This document shows, piece after piece, positions 34,641 through 47,300 of a DNA stretch of 64,000 nucleotides (position 1 is its first letter; each line of letters starts with the position of its first letter). The stretch is from the human T2T-CHM13v2.0 reference genome, Homo sapiens: NCBI GenBank assembly GCA_009914755.4, contig CP086569.2, positions 15,232,001 through 15,296,000 on the forward strand. The letters are read 5' to 3'. The translations under genes and the position numbers were made by a program. Below the pieces are notes generated by a model that did no database searches, was not told where the DNA came from, and worked only from the letters and a program-made list of their open reading frames with translations.

Positions 34641-37331
34641 TTACTTTACTTTTGAAATACTAGAGCCCTTTCCCCACTACTCTTTATGAACACAGAGATC
34701 ACCTGGAAAAAGTCTGTGCACTTAACCCTTTTACTAGATGACCTTGGGTGTAGGAGAAAAAAAGCTCCATGTCCTGGAGCAATCAATATTTGGAAAGTAA
34801 AATCACAGGAGAAATAGGGTGTCATACAAGTCGCTACTAATTTCCTTGACAAACACTTTTTTGAAGAGCAATGTTAACTATCTGAAATCACTGTTTTCTC
34901 CATCCCAGAAGACTTCTAGAGAGGGTTCCTTTCAAAATTGGAAGTCCGGGTTCTGGGAGTCCGGGTTCTAGTGGAATGCTGTCACCATGAGATCCTGTGA
35001 TGCACTAGCCCAGGAATGATGTCAATAGTCAAGCAGAGCCCTGTGCCTGTTCTCTTCCTGGCACAGAGGCACATCCAACTGAAGCAGTCCTCCCCAAATT
35101 GCATCCTGGGCTTTGGGAAAGCCTTTGTGAATGAGATCATTGAAGTGGATAGATGAAAATGAGGTTGTTCTGAAACTGGCAGGGCCTGCAAAGGATTCCT
35201 GGGGGGAATTCCTCTGCGAAGAAAACAAGGTAAGGTACCTAAAGCCCAATGAGAGCCCTCCTGCTTAATAATGAAAGACAGAAAGCTGCGCTTTCTTCAC
35301 CTCACCTCCCTTACTACCCCATAAAACAAAACTTGCCAGGATGCTTCAAAAGCCAAGTGGTGCAACAAGTCACTTTGCCAAATGTGGTCTTTGAAGTCAG
35401 GGGACTCACCTCCTGCAAATGCCATTCTGTGTCTGCTCATCCACACAGGAAACTTTGCAATGAGAATGTTTACACTAGCCCTCCATAAAGCACAGAGTTA
35501 CAACCCATCAGGAGGTATACAATCAGCAACCAGGATGCACTATCTGCTCTGGGCTTAGAGGCATGTCTCTGCATACCTGAGACAATGAATGTGGTGAAAG
35601 GGTTTTGATTTCCATCTTGCATGTGGAATCTCATTCCCTCTTAGACATAATGAGTAATGGGGTCATCTACACCTCCCTTGAAAAAAAATGTTCTGAGATC
35701 ACACTGTAGCTCCTCATCCTCTGGGAATCATTGATATCTGTTAGATATTATAGAAAGCAATAGAGTTGACAGTACCCCCTTCCCCTGTCCTCAAGCTAAG
35801 TGATAATATCTGGCACCCTGACAGGTGTCAAAATGCTTTGTTGATCTGACTTCTGGAATCCATTTAATCCCTAACTGGGCTTCCCACAATACCAGTGCTC
35901 TGACTTCAGTGAGATTTGTAATATACACCTGTCTCTGAGGATGGCTCAACTCCCCTGGCCCCCAAGGTATTCCAAGTATTCTATCTCTTCTAATTTCTCC
36001 TGAAATTCCTTAACTTCCATTACACATCCTGTAATTCAGCCTAGATGACCAGATTCAGATTTGCACCTGTCAATCAGCCTTTCATGTTCTTAATGGAGAG
36101 AATGGAAAACATTCCATTCTTACCAGACAATTCCTCTCCATGCCCCAGAGCTGGCAGAGCACCTAATTGTGATGCTGGATAAAGTGGGTCTCCAGGGGCA
36201 CTGGGCAGCTACAGTTTTGAGGACAAGACCCACACACAGCCAGTGGGCCTCAGGGCAAGGGCACTGTGGGGTGTAAGACTCTACCCAGTAAAATTAGAGC
36301 CTTCAAACCCATAACTCCTCCAATTTGAAACCTCCAATTGCCTCTGGAAGATACTGCTGCTTTCTTCTCTAAGAAAGCACCTTTTGTCTGGTGAGAGTAA
36401 TAATTGTGTGTGGGAAGTCCCTTACCACGTGGTGTTCAGACATTGGAGAAAGGGAAAGGGAGTCATCACTCTGACAGCCAGGAGAGATCTGTGAAGCTGA
36501 TGGAATTTCAGAGTGCAGGGTGTCCTTTTCATACAGTAGACCTGAGTGTGTGCTGCTCACATTCCAAAACAAAAGGACAGGGGAGGTGAGGACCTATATA
36601 GAGAGCCACTGCCTATATAAATCAGCTTTCCTTGCAAACCATAAAACCAAGGAACAATAGAGCTGTGAACCCTGGGAAGCATTTTGATTTTGTATTCTTT
36701 CACAGCTGTCTCATTAACAAATCAACATCTCCAGGAGAGCATATCTTAAATGTAAAGCGAACAGCTAATGTTCCTAAACTATCTCTTATTTTAAGGCCAT
36801 AGGAAACCTTTTATGGGGAGTATCTTCCCAAACTCCTGTACATGACAAAAGCTCTGGACAGAAGATAGAAAGACTGGGTCACCCTGGACCCCCTCAGTGA
36901 GGTGGTTGGGTTATGTTCTGTTGAGAAACCATGGAGTGATTACATGAAGAAAGCCTCTCCTCTTTACTGGTGTCAAGAAAAACATTAGATAAGAAATGGC
37001 AACTGGGGAAAAGAGGGGTGAATTGTTGTTTAATTTTTAACACACACTGCATAATCTATTAGTATGGTTGTTCCCTGCCACAGATGTTTCAAGCATTAAT
37101 TGAATAAAGGGGTGGTTTCACCAAGTTTGTCAAAGTGATTTGTTGTACTGTTTGGTGTTTGAAGAATCCTGGATATTTTATCTCCAAACAGAATGGTCCT
37201 TTGTGATTGGTGAGAATAGTTTGAGATTACATAGTCATGGAGCCTCAGAAGGACAAGTTTGTGTTTTTCAAATGATTAGATCCAATCTGTGGGTATTTGG
37301 TAGGTTGCCAATATGTTTCTTTAAATGTGTC

Positions 37332-37660
<329 letters not shown>

Positions 37661-38663
37661 CAGGCATCATTTCTAATTTAAGCAGGCAATTTCTTTGGAA
37701 AACCAAATTGTTATAAATAAAGTTTCAGTGCCTAAAAAGAAACAGCACTTGAATATAAAATTGTCTTTTTAATTCTCAGCAAGACAAGGTACTTCTATAG
37801 AAGGGTGTGCTCTCAATGATGGAGCAATGGTGGGCACACACCTGGACAAGAGAGGGGATGGGGTTCTTATCCATGACGCATGTGGCCCCTGCTGCTGTGT
37901 CATTCCCCTATTGTTTAGGGTTAGATCACACAGGCTAAACTAATTCCAACTGGCTAATTTAAAGACAATGATGGGGTAAGCACTTTGGTGGGAGTCAGGG
38001 CAGAGCAGGTAGCAGGTAATCAGAATGAGTTAGGGTGGAGCAGGTGATCAGAATGAGTCGGGGGGGGGGGTAGGTAAATGAAAAAGGTTGCTTTACAAGG
38101 AATTTAAGTTTCAAAGTAGAAGGCAAAGAATTGAACATACTGACATATTAATTATCTGAAGAGAAATTTAGAATTCATATTCAACAAAATGCAAAGGAAA
38201 CCACATAGAATCATATGGAAAAACTCCTACACCTAAAATATGCTTGTGTGAAAAGAAAAATATATATATTTTATGCTTTATGCTCCATTAAAAACCGCTG
38301 GATCCTTTCTCACTGTTAAATCTACCATTAGCTTAAAAAGTTAATCTGACATTATTAAAAACTAAGATGGTTAAAAATGAAACGGGTAGATAAAATACAT
38401 AGAACATATGGTTATCTACTTTAGAATTGTTAGGCAGGTTGCTAAGGAGCCCTTGTAGCAGGACTAGTGGGAATCCTTGAGATCATGACCCATATTGCCA
38501 GGCATAGTCCCCAATGCACAGGCATGGAGTCTTTAAAGTTAAAGTTTATTTAAAGAAAAACAATAATGGCAACAACTAAAATATGGTGAAAGCTATACAA
38601 TAAAAATATATAAGCAGAGGAAACAAAGTGCAATTTATAGACTTGAACTGATTCTGAAACAAA

Positions 38664-38930
38664 AGGAGAACAGGAGGAGGAGAACAAGAAAGAGAAGGAG
38701 GAGAAGAAAGGGGCAGGGGAGAGAAAGAGAAGAGATAGGAGGAGGAGAAGGTGGAAGAGGAAAGAGAGAAGGATGCAAAGGAGAAGGAAGGGAGGGAGAA
38801 GTGGAAGGAGGAGGAAGAGGAGGAGAAGGGAGAGGAAGACAGGAGAAGAAGAGAGGAGAAGAAAGGCGAAAGAGAGAAGGAAGAAGTGGGGTGAAAAGAG
38901 GAAGGAAATAGGAGAATAAAATAAAATAGA
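38664..38930. repeat. GA-rich polypurine low-complexity tract ((GGA)n/(GAA)n-like, about 265 bp)
   Basis: aggaggaggagaacaagaaagagaaggaggagaagaaagggg...aggaggagaagggagaggaagacaggagaagaagagag. Confidence 0.9.
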
Positions 38931-39225
38931 GGGCCCAGTGAAATTACTCACCCCTGTAATCCCAACACTTTGGGAGGCTGAGCTGGGTGGATCCATTGAG
39001 GCTAGAAGTTTGAGACCAGCCTGGGCAACATGATGAAACCCTGTCTACTAAAAATACAAAAATTAGCCTGATGTGATTGCTCACACCTCTAATCCCAGCT
39101 ACTCAGGAGCCTGAGGCAGGAGACATTTTTGACTCAGGAGGCAAAGTTTGCAGGGAGCCAAGGTTATGCCACCACACTCCAATCTGGCTGACAGAATGAG
39201 ACCCCATCTCAGAAAAAAAGAAACT
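38931..39225 (+). mobile_element. Alu SINE inserted in the GA-rich tract
   Basis: cccctgtaatcccaacactttgggaggctgag...cctgatgtgattgctcacacctctaatcccagctactcagg...ccatctcagaaaaaaag. Confidence 0.9.
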
Positions 39226-39240
39226 GCAGGTCCTGCCATC

Positions 39241-39375
39241 CAGGAAGAGAAAGAAGAGGGTGAGGATAGGGAAGGTGAGAGAAGGAGGAGGAATAGAATG
39301 GGGAGAAGATGGAGGAAGAAAAGAAGGAGAACAAGGAGGAAGAGAAGGAGCATGGATAGGAAGAGGAAAAAGATG
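39241..39375. repeat. Second GA-rich polypurine tract, continuing the first across the Alu
   Basis: caggaagagaaagaagagggtgaggatagggaaggtgagagaaggaggaggaatagaatggggagaagatggaggaagaaaagaaggagaacaaggaggaagagaaggag. Confidence 0.85.
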
Positions 39376-39399
39376 ACTATCGAATGCACTAATTTTAGG

Positions 39400-39678
39400 T
39401 GGGGAGTAGTGGCTCATGCTTGTAATCCTAGCACTTTGGGAGGCCGAGGCAGGTGGGTAATTTGAGGTCAGGAGTTCAAGACCAACCTGGCACACATGGT
39501 GAAATCTTGCCTTTACTAAAAATACAAAAATTAACTTGTTGTAGTGGCACATGTCTGTAATCCCAGCTCTCAGGAGGCTGAGGCAGGAGAATCGCTTGAG
39601 ATTGGGGGTCAGAGGTTGCAGTGAGCACAGATTGAGCCACTGCACTCCATTCTGGGCAAAAGAGTGAGAAAAAAACCC
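39400..39678 (+). mobile_element. Alu SINE
   Basis: ggtggggagtagtggctcatgcttgtaatcctagcactttgggaggccgaggcagg...cactgcactccattctgggcaaaagagtgagaaaaaaa. Confidence 0.93.
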
Positions 39679-40805
39679 ACTAATTTTAGAACAATTGGGA
39701 ATATTTCAATGAGCACCGCATCACAGAAGATGATATTGAATCATTGTTATTTTTCATATGTGTGACAATGCTAAAGCAGAAGAAATTCCTCCTTTGAAAA
39801 CTCAGGCTGCAGGTGTGAGGGAAACTAAGAGTAAAATTGTCCAAACTTGAACAAACAGAAATCAAAAAATCTCAGCTAAAAGGGCCATAGGAAGAATGTC
39901 TAATGAGGGGCCATGCTGTTCTATCCCCAGGGCAGCAGGTAAGGATCAATAGGGTAGGGGAATCTTGAGGTCAGACAAGAAAGAGAAGCTCACAATGTGT
40001 GGAAGAGTTCAGCAGTGGATACACCAAATGGATAAAGACACCAGTACAAAAGCAGGACAGAAACAGGTGAGATGACCCATTTGTGGATCTATAAATAGTT
40101 CCAAACAGCTCTGTACCTCCTCAGGCAAGCAGGTGGAGGAACTGGGTGACAAGAAGTCTGTTATTAGATGAAACCATGAATTCAAGCAACTCCTGTTCCT
40201 GAAATGGAAATCTTGATGTCATGCAATGTAGCTTTTCTCAGGCTATGTATAAAAGCAACACCTGAGCATATAGGTTCCAATTAAAATTATGCAAATAAAA
40301 TGAACTCTCACAACACAAATTCATGAGGATTGCTGACTAGTTGCTATTCTGAGTGACTCTCTATGAGCAGGAACAATTCATGCCCTTATGGTATTACCAG
40401 GGAGTGGATCTAGTCCATTCCTCCATGAATTGACGCAATCCCTGAGCACTTACTTTGAAACCTATGGTTCTAGAAGACTCTGCAAAAATTGGCGGATAAA
40501 AGAAAGAATGTGAAGGCCCCATCAGCTGAGAACTTCAAATGAGGATATAGGAATGAGATGGACACACACAAAAAGATTCAAAGACAACAAATGTGAAATT
40601 TGAAGTAATATACTGAACACTGCAGATAAATATCTCTGAGTTATTATTTTGAAGACACTTTATAAAGACTATAATAGATAGTCTTTATTTGTTATAGACT
40701 TATACTACAGGTGTTCCTCTGTGAAGGAGAATGGATTCCATGTAATGATCCTTCATGGGGATAGAGAGTCTTAAGGTTAATCACACTGAGGGATTAAAAA
40801 CGTAG

Positions 40806-41128
40806 GACAGGCTGGGAGCAGTGGCTTATGTCTGTAATCCCAACACTTTGGGAAGCCAAGATGGCAGGATCACTAGAGCCCAGGAGTTTGAGACCAGCCT
40901 GTGCAACATCTACAAGACTCCCATATCTACAAGAAAAAAAAAAAAAAAAGAGCCAGACATGGTAGTGTGCATCTGTAGTCCCAGCTGCCCATGAAGCAGA
41001 GGTGGGAGGGTCACTTGGACTCAGATTAAGGCTGCAGTAAACTATGATCATACCACTGCACTCCTGCCTGGGTGACAGAGCAAGACCTTGTCTCAAAAAA
41101 AAAAAAAAAAAAAGAAAAGAAAAAAAGA
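40806..41128 (+). mobile_element. Alu SINE with long A-rich linker and tail
   Basis: gacaggctgggagcagtggcttatgtctgtaatcccaacactttgggaagccaag...aaaaaaaaaaaaaaaagagccagacatggtagtgtgcatctgtagtcccagc...gcctgggtgacagagcaagaccttgtctcaaaaaaaaaaaaaaa. Confidence 0.93.
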
Positions 41129-41384
41129 CAGATGTTGCTGGATGAAAAGTGGGATTAGGTGGGTGGAAGTGAGGAAGCACAGGACATCTTTGGGGGAAAT
41201 CACAGGGAGCCCATGAGACAGAATCCAGAGCTGTAGAAGGGAAGTTAGCACAAACATTGGCCTAAGCCCTTCTCGTAAGGGGCTGCAATGTAAAATGAAA
41301 CCTTTCATACTACAAGAGACTCCAAGGACTCCTTATCCAGACCAATAAGGAGAAATCTAGCAGATTTGGAATCTTAAATTCCTT

Positions 41385-41535
41385 CTAAGAGGCAGAAAAT
41401 ATAAGACACAGACACAGCGGAGAAGACCATGTGCAGATGAAAGTAGAGACTCCAGTGATATAACCACAAGCCCAGGGATGCCTGGAGCCCCCAGGAGCTG
41501 GGAGAGGCAGGAAGCATCCTCCCTTAGCATCTCTG
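41385..41535 (+). repeat. MaLR-family LTR internal fragment (same family as 8604-8967)
   Basis: aatataagacacagacacagcggagaagaccatgtgcagatgaaagtagag...agcccagggatgcctggagcccccaggagctgggagaggcaggaagcatcctccc. Confidence 0.5.
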
Positions 41536-41659
41536 GAAAGAACTGGTTACAATTATAGTGAATGGAACAGCTGCCTCCAGAAAAGATAAATCCACATCAC
41601 AAAGCCCAGAACCTGGAATATGACCTTATTTAGAAAAACAGTCTTTACAGATTTGTAAT

Positions 41660-41998
41660 TAAAGTCAGATCTGGAGATGAGATTATTCTGGCTTAGGATG
41701 GCCTTAATTGAATGACCAGTGTCCTTCTAAGGACAGAAGAGGAGACATGGAAACAGAAGACGATGCCATGTGGAACCAGAGGTGGAGACAAGTGACAAGG
41801 CCACAGCCTAGGGATGCCTGAAGCCCCCAGGAGCTAGGACACACAGGAAGGATCCTCCCCTGAAGCCTCCAAAGGCATGCCACCCTGTCCACACCTTGAT
41901 CTCAGACTCCCATTCTCCAGGACTTGGAAAGGATACAATTTTTATTATGCTAACCAACAAGTTTGTAGTAATTTCTTACAGCAGTCCTAGGAAACTAA
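41660..41998 (+). repeat. MaLR-family LTR (MLT/MST-like), 3' two-thirds
   Basis: ...ggccttaattgaatgaccagtgtccttctaaggacagaagaggagacatggaaacagaagacgatgccatgtggaaccagag...cacaccttgatctcagactcccattctccaggacttggaaaggatacaatttttattatgctaaccaacaagtttgtagtaatttcttacagcagtcctagg. Confidence 0.6.
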
Positions 41999-42589
41999 AA
42001 CTAAGTACAGATTTGTGACACTATTGTGTTGATTTGCCTTTGCAGAGAAGTAGGTACTATCCAGGCAAGGGTTGAAACTGGCTGTAGACAGCTGGACTCA
42101 GAGCAGGAGAAAAGGCCAGGCTTTCCCTTGTCTCCTGGATGGACATGAGCTGTGGAAGTTGGCCAGTGACTGGCTGTAAAAAGGACAGGTTGGTGTGTTG
42201 ACCTGACAGACCTAATGCAAAGTCAAACAAAGCTTCAAAATCAATGCACCAGTTATTCCCAGCAAAATTCCATGAATGCATTGAAAATCTTCTATGTCTG
42301 TAATGTGGCTGACTCTGGCTGATGGGACTCTTTGCAAAGGGAGTATAAAATGTGTCTTGTGTTGCAAAACTTTTTAATATATCTTATCATTTGTGCCTTT
42401 CAAAAACCAAAGTGACTCTGCAGAGTTGGCCTGTCTCTACAATTTGGCTGAAAGACAGCCTACGGTACCCTTCCAAGAGGTTTTTCTTAGCTGATTGATT
42501 GGGAAGCATACAGGCACAGCCCCCTTCATGGAAGGAAGAGTCATTTTCTTCAATAAGTATATGACTGTGGCTGGCAGATTAAAGGGACA

Positions 42590-42965
42590 CTACAATGGAG
42601 TTATTTGGATTCTTAAAGTTACCCAAAAAAATAAGCAAAGAAAATTCAAATAACCCCATCAAACAGTGGTCAAATGCCATGAACAGACATTTCTCAAAAA
42701 AAGATATACAAATGGCCAATAAACATGATGCTCAACGTGCCAACAAACATGTTCAAAATGCCAACATGCAAATTAAAGCCACAATGAGATATCAACTTAC
42801 CCTGCAAGAAAGGCCACTGGGGGAGGGATAGCATTAGGAGATATACCTAATGCTAAATGACGAGTTAATGGGTGCAGCACACCAACATGGCAGATGTATA
42901 CATATGTAACAAACCTGCACGCTGTGCACATGTACCCTAAAACCTAAAGTATAATAATAATAATT
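42590..42965 (+). mobile_element. L1 (L1PA-type) 3' end with an internal deletion: ORF2 C-terminal segment (NNPIKQW..MNRHFSKKDIQMANKH..IKATMRY) joined to the terminal 3'UTR and A-rich tail
   Basis: ORF 42595-42831 matches the L1 ORF2 C-terminal peptide. gggagggatagcattaggagatatacctaatgctaaatgacgagttaatgggtgcagcacaccaacatggcagatgtatacatatgtaacaaacctgcac is the L1 3'UTR end. Confidence 0.85.
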
Positions 42966-43055
42966 TTTTATTAACTTAAAATATAATAATAATTATTATT
43001 TATTATTATTATTTATTATTAACTTAAAGTATAAAAATAATAATAAATTATTATT

Positions 43056-43161
43056 ATACTTTAGGTTTTAGGGTACATGTGCACAACGTGCAGGTTTGTT
43101 ATATATGTATACATCTGCCATGTTGGTGTGCTGCACCCATTAACTCGTCATTTAGCATTAG
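43056..43161 (-). repeat. Inverted duplicate of the L1 3'UTR end (arm 2 of a palindrome whose arm 1 is 42846-42951; 104/106 identical; 104-bp AT-rich spacer)
   Basis: The reverse complement of 43056-43161 equals 42846-42951 except for 2 mismatches, read directly. Confidence 0.9.
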
Positions 43162-43185
43162 GGGACTATTAATCATGCTGCTATA

Positions 43186-44035
43186 AAGACACATGCACAC
43201 GTGTGTTTATTGTGGCACTATTCACAATAGCAAAGACTTGGAACCAACCCAAATGTCTAACAATGATAGACTGGATTAAGAAAATGTGGCACATATACAC
43301 CATGGAATACTATGCAGTCATAAAAAATAATAAAATTTTTTAAAAAATCAATAAATAAAATAAAAAGTCAAAAAACAATAAATGTTGGTGTGGATATGGT
43401 GAAAAGGGAGTGCTTGTATACTGCTGCTGGGAATGTAAATTGGTATATGGAAAAGAGTTGGAGATTTCTCAGAAAACTAAAAGTAGACCTACTATTTGAT
43501 CCAGCAATCTGACTACTGAATATCTACCCAAAGGAAAAGAAGCCATTATATGAAAAGGACACCTAAATGCATGTTTATTACAGCAGAATTCACAAATGCA
43601 AGATATGGAATCAACCTAAGTGACCATCAACCAATGAGTAAATAAAGAAAATATGGTATATATACAGCATAGAATACTACTCAGCCATAAAAATGAATGA
43701 AATAATGTCTTTGTGATGGGGCTGGAAGCCATTATTTTAAGTGAAGTAACTCAGGAATGGAAAACCAAATACCATAGGTTCTCACTTATAAGTGAGAGCT
43801 AAACAATGAGTATGCAAAGGCATACAGAATGGTAAAATAGACACTGGAGACTCAGAATCTGGGAGGGTGGGAGGGATGTGGGGGATAAATAACTACATAT
43901 TGGGTACAATATACACTACTCAGGTGACAGGTGCACTAAAATCTCAGACCACACCACTATACAATTCAACCATGTAGGCAAAAAATATTTGTATCCCAAA
44001 AAGCTATTGAAATAAAAAAACTATATATTTTAAAA
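43186..44035 (+). mobile_element. L1 3' end (ORF2 C-terminus ..IAKTWNQPKCLTMIDWIKKMWHIYTMEYYAVIKNNKIF.. plus an older-type 3'UTR and A-rich end)
   Basis: tattgtggcactattcacaatagcaaagacttggaaccaacccaaatgtctaacaatgatagactggattaagaaaatgtggcacatatacaccatggaatactatgcagtcataaaaaat ... gggagggtgggagggatgtggggg ... ends aaagctattgaaataaaaaaa. Confidence 0.85.
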
Positions 44036-44140
44036 AGTTGCTGCAACTATAATTGATGTGATGTTTACTTTTATGTGACCACTTGACTAGAAACTGGTGA
44101 CAAGTTGTTTGCCTGGACACATAGACTATGTCTTGTTGGG

Positions 44141-44455
44141 AAGGAACTCTTTTGTTTCTTTGTTTTTGGTACAGGGTCTTGCTCTGTCACCTAGGCTGAA
44201 GAGCAGTGGTACAAAATATAGCTCACTCCAGCCTCAAACTTCTGGGCTCAAGCAATCCTCCTGCCTCAGCCTCCTGAGTAACTAGGACTACAGGTACATG
44301 ACACAATGCCTGGCTATTCTCAAAAAAAATTTATAGAGATGAATCTTTCTATGTTCTTCAGGTGGGTCTCACTATGTTGTCCAGACTACAAGTCATCCTC
44401 CTGACTCAGCCTCCCAAAGTGCGGGGATTACAGGTATGAGCCACCAAACCTAGCC
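44141..44455 (-). mobile_element. Alu SINE, reverse orientation
   Basis: Plus strand reads the Alu reverse complement: ttgtttttggtacagggtcttgctctgtcacctaggctg...cctcagcctcctgagtaactagg...cctcccaaagtgcggggattacaggtatgagccaccaaacctagcc. Confidence 0.93.
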
Positions 44456-44863
44456 AAGGGAGGGGAATTTTTTTTTTTTTTTTTTGAGATGTGGTGAAAA
44501 TTTACAATCAGTAGAGTTTTAGTAAAGCACATTGCCCTCCATAACATGGGTGGGCCCCATCCAGCCAGTCGAAGTTCTTAAGCATAAAGACCAATGTTTT
44601 CCAAAGAAGGAAGAATTCAGCATCCAGACTAACATAAAAATTCAGCCTGGGTTTCCAGCAGTTAGACTCAAGGCTGTGTTATACACTATTTTCCCGGTCT
44701 CCAGCCAGCCAGTCTGTTCTACACATTGTTGCCAGCCTCTGGCCCAATCAAATAAACCTTTCTCCCTCTCTGTCTCTCCTCTCTCTCTGCATATATAGAT
44801 TGGTACAAAACTAATTAAAATTTTTGTCATTAAAAGTAATTTTGCACCAATTTAATACATGCA

Positions 44864-45114
44864 TCTGTGTGTATATATGTATACCTACATATACATATAT
44901 GTATATGCATATGTATATGTTAGTATATGTATATATGTGTATGTATGTACACATGTGTATATACACAGATGTGGGTGTGTGTATTATGTGTTTATATGTA
45001 GTGTGTGTGTGTGTATGTATATATATATATATATATATACCTGTATTTGTGTGTATTTAAATATATATATATATATACCTGTATTTGTGTGTATTTATAT
45101 ATATATATATATAT
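44864..45114. repeat. Compound (TG)n/(TA)n/(CA)n microsatellite with an internal ~38-bp direct repeat, preceded by a short (CT)n at 44760-44800
   Basis: tgtgtgtatatatgtatacctacatatacatatatgtatatgcatatg...gtgtgtgtgtgtatgtatatatatatatatatatacctgtatttgtgtgtattta repeated twice. Confidence 0.9.
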
Positions 45115-46832
45115 CTCCTTTGTGTTACAATCAAATGATACTTAGTTATTGTTAAATGATAATTAAATTATTATTGACTATAGTCACCCTGTTGTGCTAT
45201 CAGGTACTAAATCTTATTCATTTTTTCTGCTATTTTTTGTACCTGTTAATCATCCCAACTTCCCCTTCACCACCACCCCCACTACCCTTCCCAGTTTTTG
45301 GTAAGCATCATTCCACACTCTATTCCCATGAATTCCATTGTTTTAATGTTTAGCTCCTTTAATAATGTTAATTCTGCTGGGTCACTTTGTGTGTTAGTAG
45401 GGAACAGAGAGATACAGACAGAGAAAATAAACAGAGAAAGAGAGAGAGATAAGAGACAGAGATAAAGAGACAAATGGAAACAGCTGTTTTTTGTATATGA
45501 AGCATATATTTCTCATCATCTCTAGATGAAGAATTGTACATATGGTAACTTTCCAGAGTGGTTTTGTTGTGCACTGTCTTAGGTAACCTAGGACTACACA
45601 TTACAATATACTCTTCAGTCTCTGTTTCAGAGCCATTGCATTACTCAGACTTTAAAGCTTTCACAGACATTGCTGCCTTTTATTCTTATAATATTTCTCT
45701 AAGGTCAAACTAGGTGATATTTTTATTACCACTATCATCACTTTCTTGTTGTCTCATTTATATATGAGAATGCTGATAGGAACAAAACCAGAATTTGGTC
45801 TTTTCACACTGCCTGCTTATCTCTTTTTATTACACTGTGCTGGTAGTATTATGAGGTTCCTATGTGCATTCAATTTTGTAGCATATTGTCTGATACATAG
45901 TATCCAGAATAAACAGCATTAATAGTAACAATTAACAGTTCACATTAAAATGCCACTCACATTTAGTTTAAAAAAGTGGATATATATAAAAATAAGAAAA
46001 CCTAATTTAGTGGATTATCAATGTTCATACAGATCTCACATGAAACTGGACAAATACATTAATCCAGCAGCTAAAAATGCAAGTTTCCATATGTGTTCTT
46101 TTCCTAGAAATGTATGTATTGTTTAAGTCATTGTGCCATTTTGCATGTATACTCTTCTTGGCAAGTTTAGAGTTACAATATGTTTAAAGACGGACATGAA
46201 TCTTTGATAATTGCGTTCTCTCAACTGTAAGGCAGGTTTCTCCACAATCCCTTGAGTAACGCAAAACTACATTTTCAAGCAGAGTGGAACTAAAGTTCCC
46301 ACTACCCATCACCCTCTTTATAAAGGCATTAGGCTAATACCTTAATAAGGACTCTGTAAATAGCATTAAAGAACCACTTAAGATTTTTCCTTGAGAGCGT
46401 TGAGTTCTGTGTCACTGAAACATTTTGCTAGTAATTATTTGAGGGAAATTATCAACCGAGCAGAACAGAAGTGAAATTCTTGAAGCTACAAAATGTTTTT
46501 AATTTACTCTAGAAAAGAGTCCATTCACAAACTTGGAGGTCTCTTTTGCAATCTTTCAGTGGCATTGTCCTTACTGAACAAATGTTCTGACTCATTTTAA
46601 AATTATCTTTGATACAGTGGCTGTAATATCACCCCCTCTTCAGAGTTCTTCAGAAGATCCTTTGAAACTCTTTTTGAATTTAAATATACATTTACAATGT
46701 CATGGTTGTAAGGCAGAGTGCTGCAACCCTTCTTTTTGTTTCTCAAGAGCCAGGTAATGTTTTAGAATTTTCACTCTGTATACACAATAAGCAATACAGA
46801 GAAAATTATGTAGGTATATATACAACTGGTTA

Positions 46833-47300
46833 TTTTTTTTTTTTCAACTTTTAAGTTCAGGGATACACGTGCAGATTTCTTACATAGGAAAATGTGTGTC
46901 ATGGGGGTTTGCTGTGCAGATTATTTCATCACTCAGGTATTCCCATTAGTTATTTTTCCTGATGCTCTCACTTTTCCCACCCTCCATCCTCTGATATGCC
47001 CCAGTGTGTGTTGTTCCCCTCTATATGTCCATGAGTTCTCATCATTTAGCTCCCACTTATGAGAGAGAACATGCAGCATTTGGATTTCTGTTCTTGCATT
47101 AGTTTGCAAACGATAATGGCCTCCAGCTCTATCTATATCCCTGCAAAAAACATGAGCTCATTCTTTTTTATGGCTTTATAGTTTTTCATGGTGTATATGT
47201 ACCACATTTTCTTCATGCAGTCTGTAATTAATGTGCATTTAGGTTGATTCAATGTCATTACTTGTGAATAGTGCTGCAATGAATATAAGAACCATTCTTA
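46833..47300 (-). mobile_element. L1 3' end fragment, antisense (older subfamily)
   Basis: ttttttttttttcaacttttaagttcagggatacacgtgcag...ctcccacttatgagagagaacatgcagcatttgg.tttctgttc...tttatggctttatagtttttcatggtgtatatgtaccacattttc...gaatagtgctgcaatgaa matches the L1 reverse-complement consensus. Confidence 0.85.

Noticed and set aside
38550-39645. Long ORFs (148, 180, 105 aa) rich in L/S/F/P or R/K/E
   Set aside because: They run through GA-rich polypurine tracts and Alu elements. The composition-driven open frames have no protein-like motifs.
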